DNA of 56,958 nucleotides, counting the filler, from Sphacelaria rigidula (taxonomy: Eukaryota), in NCBI GenBank assembly GCA_964200075.2. It is 6 parts of 6 records of this genome, joined end to end, with 100 filler letters (N's around TTAATTAATTAA, not from the genome) between each part and the next. Parts side by side here need not be neighbours in the genome. Positions count along the whole stretch, not along the records: positions 38,042 to 47,450 come from CAXNAA020008571.1; positions 47,551 to 56,958 come from CAXNAA020008572.1; 4 more parts are not named here. One strand, given 5' to 3'. Shown here piece by piece: positions 40,359-52,527 of the stretch. The notes under the pieces were generated by a model. The model made no database searches, was not told where the DNA came from, and saw only the letters and a list, made by a program, of their open reading frames with translations. The stretch's first letter is position 1, and every line of letters starts with the position of its first letter. Position numbers and translations under genes: made by a program.

Positions 40359-40621
40359 TGTTGGTGGCTCCTCCTTCCGCGGCGAATTTTCTGGTACTCC
40401 CATCAATTAGCTCCATTCCGGAAATTGACTGTGAATAGTCATTGCTGATCATTCAGACTACGGACTTGTCCCGAGAAAGACGAGAGGTGAAAGTATTACG
40501 AAAACCTAACGCATAACTGCAAGGCATTAGCAACTACCACGCCATGAGCTTCAACTCCGCGTACTTTTTCAACCCGCCTCTGTAGCCTTACCGGTACATC
40601 TTAGCCGGTGGAGGGCTGGTG

Positions 40622-40740
40622 CACCGACACACGCGGTATTTCGGGGGGACAGATGGGTGGATGTCTTACCGATAAATCTCAGCCGATGAAGGGCTCGTAC
40701 ACCGACACACGCCGTATTTCGGGGGGACAGATGGGTAGAT
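40622..40740 (+). repeat. Tandem duplication, period 78 bp
   Basis: caccgacacacgc(g/c)gtatttcggggggacagatgggt at 40622 and 40700. Confidence 0.8.
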
Positions 40741-41866
40741 TTCGTCAGACTACTGGCGTCTCCCGAAGAAGGGGAGCGGGAAATCTCGAGACAACGGTAA
40801 GTTACCGTCCATATACGCTGTGCGAACATAAACATTAGAGATCGGAACACTACGACGTCATCTCTCTACACAAGCTACAGAAGAAGGACCCTCACTGCTC
40901 AGCACCGGGGCCCGAGTTAGAGCACATCAAATATCCTACAGGAATATGAATCATGCTCTGATCATTGCGTATGTCACATCAGTGAATTAGCCACGAACCC
41001 GCCAATAGGTACAAGATACCACCACCCACAACAAACGGATCAAAACTATTGCAAAAAGACGCTTGAGCAAGAAAGCACGGACCCAGAGTTTAGAGAAAGT
41101 AAAAAAGTCTCGCGTGTCGATAATTCCAAGCAACAAGGCCAATTTCAGGGCACTCTTATCCCACTTACACTGGTACACATCGAATCGGGCTAAGCACAGT
41201 ACTGTGCACATTCGGGCAAACACGATGCTCCACATGTGGAGTCTATGGCAGATGGACCACCCACTCCCCGAACGTGTTTTGAGTCAGGTTTCAGTTTTAA
41301 AGCGATTAATGGCGCCTTGCATGTCCGTTGGAGAGTTACTACATATTCCTTTGCAATAGCCACATTGGTGTCCGCTGGTTTCACGGGTGCTCGACAATTC
41401 TGAGTGCGCGGAGTGGTCGATATCTTTCAACGGTGAAAAAAATTCTGGATAACTGACCATGGGCATTCTGAACCCAAACTTCAAAAATCGTACAAGCATC
41501 AGTGCGTTCTATTTGTATTCCCGCTCTCCTCGTGGTGCGAGATGGGGCTGGCTCAGCTTGATGTCCACTGCCCAACCCAACACTCCCGTGCGTCTGCTAC
41601 TTCGTGATGACCACCAGGCGCCGCCCACCTCACAGCCTGTTATGTACGTACCTTCCATCACGAGGTGCAGCCGTGATGAAGTGCCCATCCGAGGAACTAA
41701 ATAGGTACACGCTCTGAGGAGCGTACAAGTGCGGGAAACCCATCTTCATCTGCCCCCTGGACGTTTTCTAGGTATCTTCCTGCAGCTTCCCGAATGCCTG
41801 TATCATTCGTTCGGACAACTATTCGTCATACCCAGCGAAGAAATCGCGGGTGTACCCGACTGACTA

Positions 41867-43142
41867 CTAGTTTTCAGATGATTCCCACGGGCAGCCATTT
41901 TGGCGTGCCCACCGGAGCACTTCAAAATGGCCCCCAGCGGCTGCCTCACTGCACGTGTATTCACTCCACGGGCAGCCACTTTGGCGTGCCCATTGGAGGA
42001 CTTCCAGATGCCCCCCAGCGGCTGCACTACTGCAGGTGTATTCATCCCACGGGCAGCCGTTCTGGCGTGCCCATTGGAGAATTTCTACGTGCCCCCGATA
42101 GGCTGCCGCACTGCACGTGTCTTCACGCCACGGGCAGCCATTTTGGCGTGCCCACTGGAGGATCTCTAGGTGCCCCGCCGCGGCAGCCCTACTGCATGCG
42201 CATACGCTCCACGGGCAGCCGTTTTGGCGTGCCCATTGAAGAACTTCCAGGTGCCCCCCAGTTGCAGCCTCATTGCACGTCCGGTCACTCCAGGGACAGC
42301 CGTTTCGACGTGCCCATTGAAGAGTTGCGAGGTGCCCCTCTCTGGCAGCACATGCGCACGTCCGGTCACTCCATGGACAGCCTTCTTGACGTGCCCACTG
42401 GAGAACGTCCAGGTGTCCCCCTCTGGCAGCACATGCGCATGTCCATTCACTCCAGGGACAGCCGTTTCGGCGTGCCCATTGAAGAATTTCTAGGCGCCCC
42501 CTAGCAGCTGCATTGTTGCATGTATCTTCGCTCCAGGGGCAGCCGTTCTGGCGTGCCCATTGAAGAGTTGCGAGGTGTCCCTCTCTGGCAGCACATGCGC
42601 ACGTCCGGTCACTCCAAGGACAGCCATTTTGGCGTGCCCATTGAAGAGTTGCAAGATGCCCCCCTCTGGCAGCACCTGCGCATGTCCCAGCACTCCAAGG
42701 ACAGCCATTTCGGCGTGCCCACTGCAGAACCTCTAGGTGTCCCCCAGCAGCTGCATTACTGCATGTGTCTTCGCTCCAGGGGCAGCGGTTTTGGCGTGCC
42801 CATTGGAGAACGACCAAGTGCCCCCCACTGGCAGCACATGCGCACGTCCCGTCACTCCAGGGACAGCCGTTTTGGCGCGCCCACTGAAGAATCTCTAGGT
42901 GCCCCCTAGCGGCTGCACTCCTGCATGTGTCTTCGTCCCAGGAACAGCCGTTTTGGCGCGCCCATTGGAGGATACCTAGGTGCCCCTCAGCAGTTGCCTC
43001 ACTGCACGTGTTCTCATCCCACGGGCAGCCGTTTTGGCGCGCCCATTGGAGAATCTCTAGGTGCCCCCCCCCAGCCGCCCTCCAACATGTGTTTCCATCC
43101 CAGGGACACTTTCGGGCTCTCAAACACTTGAGGACGTCCAGC
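41867..43142 (-). CDS. Ankyrin-like 27-aa 'WARQNGCPW' repeat protein, exon 2 (repeat array)
   Basis: Acceptor ccctag|g; uninterrupted frame with 16 C(P/S)W motifs at 81-nt period, consensus TCxxAAxxGHLEVLQWARQNGCPW; ends in a stop. Confidence 0.9.
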
Positions 43143-43456
43143 CTAGGGAGCCAGCAATATGGTCGGGGAAGGGAGAGCGCATGTACAACCTTAGTATGAG
43201 CACGGTATTGACGTTTCCGGGAAAGGGCACATCCAGAGACACAGGTCCATCGCCCCCTGTCTCCACAGAGAAGGCCCCGCCTTTGAAGCAGTACGGGACT
43301 ACTAAGCAGCACGACAATTCTACGAGAAAAAGAGTGATTATGCACGCGTTTCGACGGGGGAGGCAACACAATCATGTTGATACATCGTGGGAATACAGAA
43401 GCGACCGGACGCCTTCCTCATCACCATGATCGCCCCCTAACTGTTGAAGAACTTGC

Positions 43457-43692
43457 CTGCCGAGTCCCGCAGAGGCCGCACATAGTTTCGCTTCTAGATG
43501 CAGGCCACATTCCAAGCTGTACAGCACTTGGGTCACGGACGTGTGAGCCATCACGCCTCCCGTTTCAGCAGGGCGGTCGCCCCAAGCACTCCTCCATGCT
43601 CGTGATACCCCGCCGAAGAACAAAAAGTCTTTCCCTACGAAGTCGGCTAGGCCGTTCAAGACATCCACGTTCTTCCATACCGCGTGCTCCAT
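43457..43692 (-). CDS. Ankyrin-like repeat protein, exon 1 (F-box-like N-terminal domain)
   Basis: MEHAVWKNVDVLNGLADFVGKDFLFFGGVSRAWRSAW...; donor AG|GCAAGT in phase 2 joins exon 2 to give CAASAGLGRLDVLKCLRARKCPW; 503 aa in total. Confidence 0.8.
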
Positions 43693-45479
43693 TCCGCGGC
43701 GCTTGTACTGTTCGAGGCACGTCAATCGTTACAGTGTTGCTGCTTTTAACAGACAGGTAGGGGGAAAACATGCGAGGAAAAAATATTCATTGGGGTTGCG
43801 CGATTGGCCAACTCGTGTTTTTAGGTATTTGCGATTTGAGAATTACACTTTTGAACTTGGACAAAGCTATACGCGGCGTCAAATATGGACGGCAGCGCCA
43901 GCGGCAGCAGCGAGGGCTGCAAGCATTAAAGAACGGACCAACGATCGCATGCTGCAACATTCTCGCGTACGGCTTCTCACAGCACCAGTTGATGTGCTGT
44001 TCTCCGCGCATAGGGCAGGCGTACCTCCGTGCAGCGAGTCCCGAAGTGAGCAGCGATGCCTGAAAGTGACGACATTGGCGAAAAACCGAAGCAAAAGTAC
44101 GAACTACCGTACATTCGAACATTGCGACGCGATCAACGCTGTGATCTGTTGCTGGGGCTGTTTGTGCACTTCAGCCGAGGGGACCAATACCCGAGGGTAA
44201 TGCACCTCCTGTAAGCAAGCAACAGTTTGCATTCGCACGCTTCCATCCAAGGAACCATCGGAACGGTGTACGACAGTATTTTTCATTCATCCCAGCATAT
44301 ATAATCGTTTGGTACTGTGCTTGTATGACTGACACCTCGATTGATAATCTGTCGCACATCCATTTGCCCCAAGAACCTGGAAGCGGACAAAAATTTAACA
44401 TAGACTTACCCAACGTAAACAAACGCAAACACACGAAAAGGGCGTCGAGAAAGCGGGAAGCTCAACATTGAAGGGGTAAGGTTGAACATTCTGTGTTTCT
44501 GGATTTGCATTGAAAACCTCCATATGTGACAAATACGCGACACCGGTTGACTGTGAGAAAAGAACCAAGACGTGCCGAATGAAAGGATTAACACCCTGAA
44601 CAATACAACATGTAATATACGCTGCCCGCTCAATGTGTTGACGCGATGCGCGTTCAATATATATCGACCGAGGAAACTATGGCACAGGAGAGAGGTCAAT
44701 ATGTATTGGGTCATCAATGTGTCAAGGTCCGCAACATACAATATATATCGACCTAACAATATGTCACGACGAACCCCACCTCAATAAATATTGACCGAGT
44801 AATATGTTGGTGCGGCAAAGGTGCGGTACGCCGCTAATTTGTATCTGTCGGGTAATATATTGGCTGCCATACAAGGTCAATACATAGTTAATGGACATAC
44901 TTAAGACCCTAAGCGGCAATTTACACTACCGCCCCACTATATCGTGCATCAAGGCGTCCAATAATTATTGAGCAAACACCACACGAGGGAATCGACCGTT
45001 GCAATGTATGTGGTGGAGCAATATGTATATATATATATATATTCATACACATCACCGGTTCGATCTGTATATTCAAATGTGTGAAGGGCTCAGCACGGTG
45101 AACACTTTGACTCTCGCGGGCACCATTGAGAGATGTATTACCAGATGCCTAGAACGCTCAAAATATTCCTTCGTCAGCGTGCCGAATATATATATTTGCT
45201 GCACAAAAGCTATTCGATGAGCGTGCGCAATATATGTTGGGGGAACAATACGTATTCATGGTTGTGCTCAATATATATTGTCCCCATAATATGTTACGCA
45301 TCGCTTCGACCCAATATACTTTGCATTTCAATACATACACGGCCGGCATGCACAATACATATTGAGCATTCTGTTCCCGGAGCAAGTGCATGTCCGATAC
45401 ATATTGGCATGCATCACTTCATGGCCATAACAAGCGGGATATGTGTTGTCGCTTCAACATCTGAGACGAGAACGGGGAT

Positions 45480-47330
45480 AATATGCGAGATAAAGACTTA
45501 ATCAGTATCCGAGACGATGCCGGCAATATACTGCGGGTAAAAGGGCCAATCAGTGAGAGATGGGAACGGTGCTTCTCCATATTACTGAATTTCTTATCGG
45601 CAAGCATCGGCCAAGCCGTCATCGAGCAGGTTGCGCAACTACCGATAGCGTCGTCACTACGAGACCCGTCAAGCCCAAGTGAAACTGAGGAGTTTCTGAC
45701 AGCTATGTCGAGCCGCAAAGCGACGAGTCCGGGTGGTCGAACTGCCGAGGTCCTGAAGCCTGGACGAAACGGGGAGGCGTCGGAGAATCTGTACCGCTTC
45801 CACAGCATCGCCGCTGTGGCCTGGACATTTAGCGAGGTGGCGCGGAAATGGTAAGGTATCACTATCGAAGTTCTTGTAACAGCTACAGAGGCATTTCACC
45901 CGTAGCACATACTGCTAAAGTTATCCGCCAAACACACTCGGTAATTTCTTTGAGAAAACACACATCGTCCCGCGACAACAGTGCGGATTTTGGCGCCAAC
46001 GATCGACTACCGACATGATGTTCTTAGTGTGCCGCCTAGAGAAGTTGGACGGGCGAGCAACGTCCAACCAAACACATGCAATATCGATCTGCAGAAAGCC
46101 TGCGATTCCGTAGACAGGACCATCTCGCGGGAAGTGCTTGCTCGGTTCGGACTCTTGCCGCGAATGATCACGATCATCCCTATGTTTCACGTAGGCATGC
46201 GAACTCGGGTACAGCTAGATTGTGGAGAACTATCAGCGTGGCTTCACGTCTGCCAGGGACTCGGACAAGGTTGCGTTTCACCCCCTTTCTGTTGTTCGAG
46301 AATTTGGACGCGGCCTTGGCCGACTTCATCGTACAGTAGTTCGCGGTGGACCCACGCATGGTCTTAGACTTGGTTCTTTAACGAGAGGCCGGTGAAGAAG
46401 GTACGGCTCGTGGTGTGGGCAACGCTTTATGCGGACGATGCCGGCGGCGTAGTCACGAGGACTCCAGACGGCCTTGCTCGAACGCTGGCCGTGGTAGTGG
46501 TGACCTGCCAGGAGTTCGGACTGACGGTCTCGGAGATTCAGATAGAGTCCATGCGCCTGTGGTCAATCTCCAGTCACACAGAGGCTGCCCTGCACATCAA
46601 GGTGGCCTGCCAACGGTATAAGCAGACGGTCAAGTTCGTCTACCTTGGTGATGCTATCGGCGCGGGTACGAAAATGTCCATCAACCGCCGCATCAGCGCA
46701 GCGTGGGCATGTCTCGGAGAATATAGGTCTCATCCCTACGATCGACCCAACACTGAGTTATCCTTGAATGTCCAGCTGCTTACAGCGGGGGGGGGTGGAA
46801 GCTCTGTTGCACGGATGTGCCGCATGGACGTTACGTTCTGATGATGTCGAAAGTCTGCGCACTGCCCATCACAAGTATATTCCGCGAGTGGTTGGATTCT
46901 ACAGGAAAGATCGAAGTGGCTACAGGAATCTTCCACAAAACGCTGTACTCGAGATGACCAACGGTGAAGGTATTCGACACGACTACATAAAAGTGTCAAT
47001 TCTGGTTCGCGGGAGCTCTTGTTCGGCAGAATAAAACCCTCCTTCTCCAACGCATCATGCACGGACGGTCAACCGCACGAGGGCCCATGGAGGCTGGACG
47101 CCACCCCCAACACTGACAGGAAGACCTTCAGGGGAGCGTACGTGGACTAGGGGCTGTTCCGGATAAAGAAGCGCGACTGAAATGATTCACCTACGGTGTC
47201 GAGGTTAGCGATGCATACGATTGGGTCAATGCGGCGAAGGACAAGGGCAAATGACATGCCGCAGTCAAAAAAGGAGCGAAGGGTTCGAGGACATGTCGCG
47301 ACGCGAAGACACGCATGAAACGGAACACCG
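45480..47330 (+). mobile_element. Degenerate 5'-truncated RTE-clade LINE (reverse transcriptase pseudogene)
   Basis: RT motifs across frameshifts: QCGFWRQRSTTDMMF (45978), IDLQKACDSVDR, QGLGQGCVSPP, LYADD, FVYLG, INRRISAAWAC, EALLHGCAAW. Confidence 0.92.
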
Positions 47331-47851
47331 TCAAAACCGAGTGGCTGCTGAGTTGGGACCCGCCAGTCGGACAATCCTGCTTGTCCCTATCGGTTGTTGA
47401 TTTCGTCCTTGCTCGGTGGTTCTGCGGTGCCCTGGTGCGTGTTCGCGCCTNNNNNNNNNNNNNNNNNNNNNNNNNNNNNNNNNNNNNNNNNNNNTTAATT
47501 AATTAANNNNNNNNNNNNNNNNNNNNNNNNNNNNNNNNNNNNNNNNNNNNGGGTTGTGTTGTCGTTTTGGATTTTGGCAGGTTGCAGTGCGGCTGCCCGT
47601 GGTTCCGGGGTGGGGGGGGGGGGGGGGGGGGGGAAGGGGGTGCCATACGCGGAGAGGTGCTGAGAAAATTGCTATCAAAGTCTCATCGATGTGGTCCACC
47701 TTGACCAACAGAAACCGTCGACGCTATGCTTTATATGTAAGTCCACAGGACCCTGTCGATTAGAAAGGGGCTGCGGCACAGGGCTATCGGAAACCTAATT
47801 AGAGTTGGAAAAACACATGCTTTAGTATTATTCGGCAGAGCGGGGGCGGGG

Positions 47852-48084
47852 TGTAATGCGTGAGAGGACCGCGTGCTTAGAGGACCGTGCTGTCGTTCAA
47901 AATACCTCAGGATGGACGTTTTTCAAAACCAATCGGGCCAGTCCCTGCAAGTACCACGCCCCTGACTCCAAGCCCAACCCTAACCCTAACCCTAACCCTA
48001 ACCCTAACCCTAACCCTAACCCTAGCCATAGGGGTGTTCACATTCCGATGCGGTCCTCTAAGCACGCGGTCCTCTCTCATTACA
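47852..48084 (+). mobile_element. TGT...ACA MITE carrying (CCCTAA)n, copy 1
   Basis: TIR TGTAATGCGTGAGAGGACCGCGTGCTTAGAGGACCG; 5-bp TSD cgggg; seven perfect CCCTAA units at about 47978-48019. Confidence 0.9.
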
Positions 48085-48986
48085 CGGGGGGCTGGGGGAC
48101 AACTTCGTCAGCTCAGTGTGGCACCAGCGAATCGCTTGCCCGTAGTGTACCGTGAGGAAACAACTTTACGGTTGATTGAGAGGGAAACAAGGCCTATACG
48201 TACCTGAATGTAGTGTAACGACTGGAGGAAGTCAAGATTCACGCGAGGCTAACAGACATGACAAACTTGAGGCTAGGTCCTAAACCTGGATACCCTGACC
48301 GATGCCAGCTGTTTGTTTTCAGTGCCACGCAATATCAACCAGTCGCAACTGGCCGTGTCAATCACTCGCCGCCGCACGTCGGTGCCCTAATTGGTACCCG
48401 GATCATCTTGAAGCTGATTAGGGGGGGGTTCGGTGCTCGCACGGGAAGATGCGATTCCTTTCCGAGTAGTATCTTATTCATGTCAATGAATTTCGACGAA
48501 AAGTCACTCAAATCCTGTTTACATCCTTATCGGGAATTGATTTGACGACGAAATGATGAGTATTCACACATACACACACAAAAAAAGCCATATCCCCTGA
48601 GCCATCCGAACATATATTCTACTCTTGAAATACACGCAACGGGGAGGGTCTACGCGGGGACAAGCGATTGAGTACAGGGATATTTGAGCTCTCATCCCCG
48701 CAGCTACATGTGTGAACGAACAACCCCTGGAAATCCGCACACTCAGAGAAAGTGGCGCATGGGGGTTGGGGATGATAAGGATTCCCCTGTAACCGAGGCG
48801 ATATGAGTACGGTGTAGCACGGTAGTGGTACTTGTAGAAACTTCAAAGTGTGCATAGATTACCAGGGGCAATGAGGGAGTGACCCAGACGTGAATGTATT
48901 GTGTGTTAGCAAACGTGTAATACTTGCTCCTCTAAGCACTCTCATGCCGCAAGTAGAAGGCGGAAACCCAACCAATCAAGGCTCAC

Positions 48987-49103
48987 CCAGTGGTACGTGG
49001 ACATGACGACCTTCATCTCCACCACGGAGCCCTCCGCCAGGGTCTCGAGGACGGGGTACACGCTGTTATCCTGCGCGTACTTGTTATCGCCTTCGGGCTG
49101 AGT
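48987..49103 (-). CDS. LPMO-like protein, exon 3 (second brace His)
   Basis: acgcag|act ... tgg|gtgagc; TQPEGDNKYAQDNSVYPVLETLAEGSVVEMKVVMSTYHW, matching the AA15/AA10 T...G..(I/V).V.V.(L/M)Txx-H motif. Absent from the ORF track. Confidence 0.8.
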
Positions 49104-49373
49104 CTGCGTTGCGTGTATTCAGGTCGCGTGGACGGCGGACGGCGGAGGGAGGAGGAGCTCACATACATTCAGGGGGTTGGGACACCGAAGAACACATATG
49201 AGTATAGATATCAACGAACAGGCCGTGTACACCGTATATTTTTAGACCCGATATGATGCCTGCGTTTGCTTCGCTATTGTTTTCATTTACCACCGCAAGT
49301 GCATGGCGTGGGGTGTTTTTCTACTTTGTTGAATGGCTTGCGTATCCAGGTATTATTTTAGGGACCTGTTCAC

Positions 49374-49602
49374 CTGTCCAGGGTCACCGCATAGGCCGTG
49401 GCGGACGGATATTGCGTCTGTCTCGTAGTAGTTCCCGTTGGGCAACAGCTCCCCTCTCTCGTACGAATCGTGGTGGGGCCAGCGACCGCCGCCGTAGATC
49501 TCCAGTTCAGTCGGATCCGTCTTGGCTTCAGCCCGCGCGCGCACCGCCGCCGGCCCTTTGGACTGCATGCAGTGCGGACAGTGCTCCATCTCGGCGAAAC
49601 CT
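49374..49602 (-). CDS. LPMO-like protein, exon 2
   Basis: acgcag|a ... cag|gtgaac; GFAEMEHCPHCMQSKGP...ISVRHGLCGDPGQ with the CGD motif of AA15/AA10-like LPMOs; phases 2 and 0 fit exons 1 and 3. Confidence 0.82.
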
Positions 49603-51451
49603 CTGCGTGATGTTTTGTATAGCCGGCAAGAATGGGACAAAGGGGGTGCAGATATGATGGGGGGAAGCCCAAAGGTACACGGATTAATTTATCTCTACCA
49701 CCTACGTATCTGCTTTGTTATTTTCGACCTCACAGGGAGGGGGAGGGGGTACCAGACAATCATTCCTCCCCATATATTCCCCCCCTCCCAAACGTAATAC
49801 AGCCGCCTTTATGAAGCAATCGCACACTAAATCCTAACACAGAAGTGGGCGACGTCGGAGAGGGGTAACCCCCTGAAGAGAGAGGCAGAGTACCATACGA
49901 TCCACGTACTCCCTGATACGTAAGTGGAGTAGCAAAGGCAAAAATAGCAGGTGAAAAATGAATGAAAATAAAGAAATTGATATTAAATCTCAATAAAAAA
50001 AAATAATCTGACGAATAAACAAAGGATAAAAGATAAAACGATAAGAAGGTGCTGTGGCTAATGTACTTTATCGGAATATTACACGCACCACAACTGTCGT
50101 AGGCTCATCATCGTGAGTGTGTTTCGTCATTACCGGTTTGCACACGCTTAGATGTAAGTTGTCGTTCTTGTTTTTTCTTTCAATTTTTGTCCACAGTCGT
50201 GCCACTGGACGGCTTTGGTTGGAGCTCGTCTTTAACCACGAGCGTTCAAATCAGCCGATCAAACCATAAACAGCACGTAGGTGTTTTTAACAAGTAGATA
50301 TTTAGCACGTGTGTGAGGGATAACATGCAGTGAACACACAGATTGAGAAGGGGGAACGACTTATTTGAACATAATACGAATACTCCCAACTTCGGCCCTC
50401 CGGGGGGGGGGGGGTATGTGCGCGGGATACCTCTTCTCGTGTTGCACCTTTGGAAGCATCTTGTTTAACGATGTTGGAACGAGCGCACATGTTACCGCGT
50501 GCTTCTACTTGTCATGATCAGATAGCTGAATTTGCATGCATCAGCGCCTTTTATATCGCACCACGTTCAGTTCTTCGACAGTTAGATCTTGTGCACGCGT
50601 CGTCATCAATTGACACATATAATATCCGTGTCTTGTTGCGCTTTTTCGTGAAGTAATTGAACATAAATGCTGGGCAGTGAGGCTCATTCGCTGGGCAGTG
50701 AGGCTCATTCGCCGGGGCTTAGCCAACATTACCCAGTGGATACAGCTTGGATATATCGAGGCAGTGATGGCCGAAGCTTCTCAGTACTCCGGATTACCCG
50801 GAGTACCTACTGTCCAAAATATCTACTCGTCGGTGTACTCGGTCTGGTATGAAGTAAAGTGCTCGGTAACCAGGAGCACCCTGAGTACTGACACCCCACA
50901 CAATACTGGGTATTCCAGAGTACCAGGAATACCGACTGCCGCGAATAATACCGGGTATCCCAGAGTAGCCCGCCGACTACCAACCGCCGCCGAACATGCT
51001 GAGTATTTCCGAGCACCCCGAGTATCAACACCCACGTTTACTCGTGCTCATGCTGCTCTATCCTAACAACAAAATCTGCACATTTTCATAACAAGTATTA
51101 CTGCATCTGTGTCGAAGCATATGCAATAATAATAGTTCGTCCGGTCGTCTGGTGGTGCATTTCCGTCGGACGCACTTTCTTGAAAAAACAGGAGAGAAAA
51201 CCTCTGATAAAAAAAATTGGCCCCAAGGAGAGAATCTCTCAGTAAAAAAATGGCCCAACCAAAAGAAAAAGGGTGGGGTATAGCCTGAGGGCTATGTTTG
51301 GAGTGTACTGCTAAGGACCCCAGTGCACACACCCTTGAAATAAGTGGGGGAGACGAGTAACTCTAGGATACGGTGAAAACGACAACACTAGAGGTCCTGA
51401 TGATGGCAGTCGATAGAGCGCTGGCAAGGAGGGTCGCCGTCCTCGGAGTGA

Positions 51452-51530
51452 AAGTGACGGGGATTGAACCCCCACGACTAACTTTTGTGACGGTTCAAGA
51501 GATAACCAACTAGACTACTGACCAGTCAGC
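51452..51530 (-). mobile_element. tRNA-like SINE head
   Basis: Minus strand: A box TAGTCTAGTTGG, tgaaccgtc (shared with the SINE at 9869), B box GGTTCAATCC. Confidence 0.55.
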
Positions 51531-51566
51531 GCTGACTGGTAGGTAGTCTAGTTGGTTGTCTCCTAA

Positions 51567-51663
51567 CCCTTAGACTGCGAGATCAGTCTTTCTGGATCAT
51601 GCATACTTTTTTCACTTGAAATTGATGACGATTCAACAGAAGACTAACCTCGCGGTCTAAGGG
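51567..51663. mobile_element. piggyBac-like MITE, copy 2
   Basis: CCCTTAGACTGCGAG ... CTCGCGGTCTAAGGG; homologous to 7731-7830; flanks ctaa / tttt (degenerate TTAA). Confidence 0.7.
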
Positions 51664-51732
51664 TTTTCTGTTGAATCGGCCTCAATGTCGAGTGAAAAAA
51701 AGTATGCATGATCCGGAATAAAACCGTTACAG

Positions 51733-51943
51733 TGTAATGCGTGAGAGGACCGCGTGCTTGGAGGACCGCGCCGTAGTTCAAAATACCTCAGGATCGACGT
51801 TTTTCGAAATCAATCGGGTCAGTCCCTGCAGGTACTACGCCCCTGACGATAACCCCAACACTAACCCTAACCCTAACCCTAACCATAGGGGTGTTCAAAT
51901 TCCGATGCGGTCCTCTAAGCACGCGGTCCTCTCACGCATTATA
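51733..51943 (+). mobile_element. TGT...ACA MITE carrying (CCCTAA)n, copy 2
   Basis: Same TIR (right end cattata); 4-bp TSD acag; lies in intron 1 of the LPMO-like gene. Confidence 0.9.
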
Positions 51944-52527
51944 ACAGGACCCACAAACGAAGTTTTTCAAATGCTTGTTCATGCGCATACGTTTTTCAAA
52001 TTTCATCTCAAGTTTTCGTTCAATTGAGATATCTCGAGCTCGAGTTTCCCAGTATATTTATTTCACTGCGAATTACTGTCAAGTTTACCTGAAATCTCCT
52101 GTCTGAGATTTGCACCTCCAATGAATTGTCTACAGTCACTCTCATCTGGCGTACATTTTTTTACAGATGCGATGATACAGAAAGTAGCCAGAAAGCGGAT
52201 TGTATCTCACACGAAGTGAGATATCACATTATGTTGTCTCTCACGAGAGGCGAGTATGATATCTCGCGCACCAGCTGCACTGCAGCAGCATTTGTATGGT
52301 GAGAGACTCGGTCACTGATTGATGGTTGGTACGTGGAACGTTTTTTCAACAGTCTTGCTGCTATAACAGGACGATCATTCCAGTGCTCAAACAAAGGATC
52401 GGTATCTTTCACACCCACGCCAGGATCAAAGATTATGTGCTACAAGGTTGTCTCGTGTGACATGGCCGAGCGCGACAACAGGGCACAGTACGGTGGGCAA
52501 GTAGACAGCAATGCTGTAAACACTCAC

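Noticed and set aside
41794-43131. Plus-strand repetitive ORFs (GSHFGVPIEE...) and CRISPR-like 81-nt periodicity
   Set aside because: Antisense shadows of the ankyrin-like gene; there are no unique spacers and no cas genes.
38042-47450. Endogenous giant-virus segment around the ankyrin-like gene
   Set aside because: No viral core genes were recognised; the flanks are ordinary LINE and MITE debris, and the gene has an intron.
47978-48025. (CCCTAA)n as a true telomere, and PNPNPN/LTLTLT ORFs
   Set aside because: The tract is short, internal to a MITE and bounded by TIRs; the ORFs are translations of the repeat.
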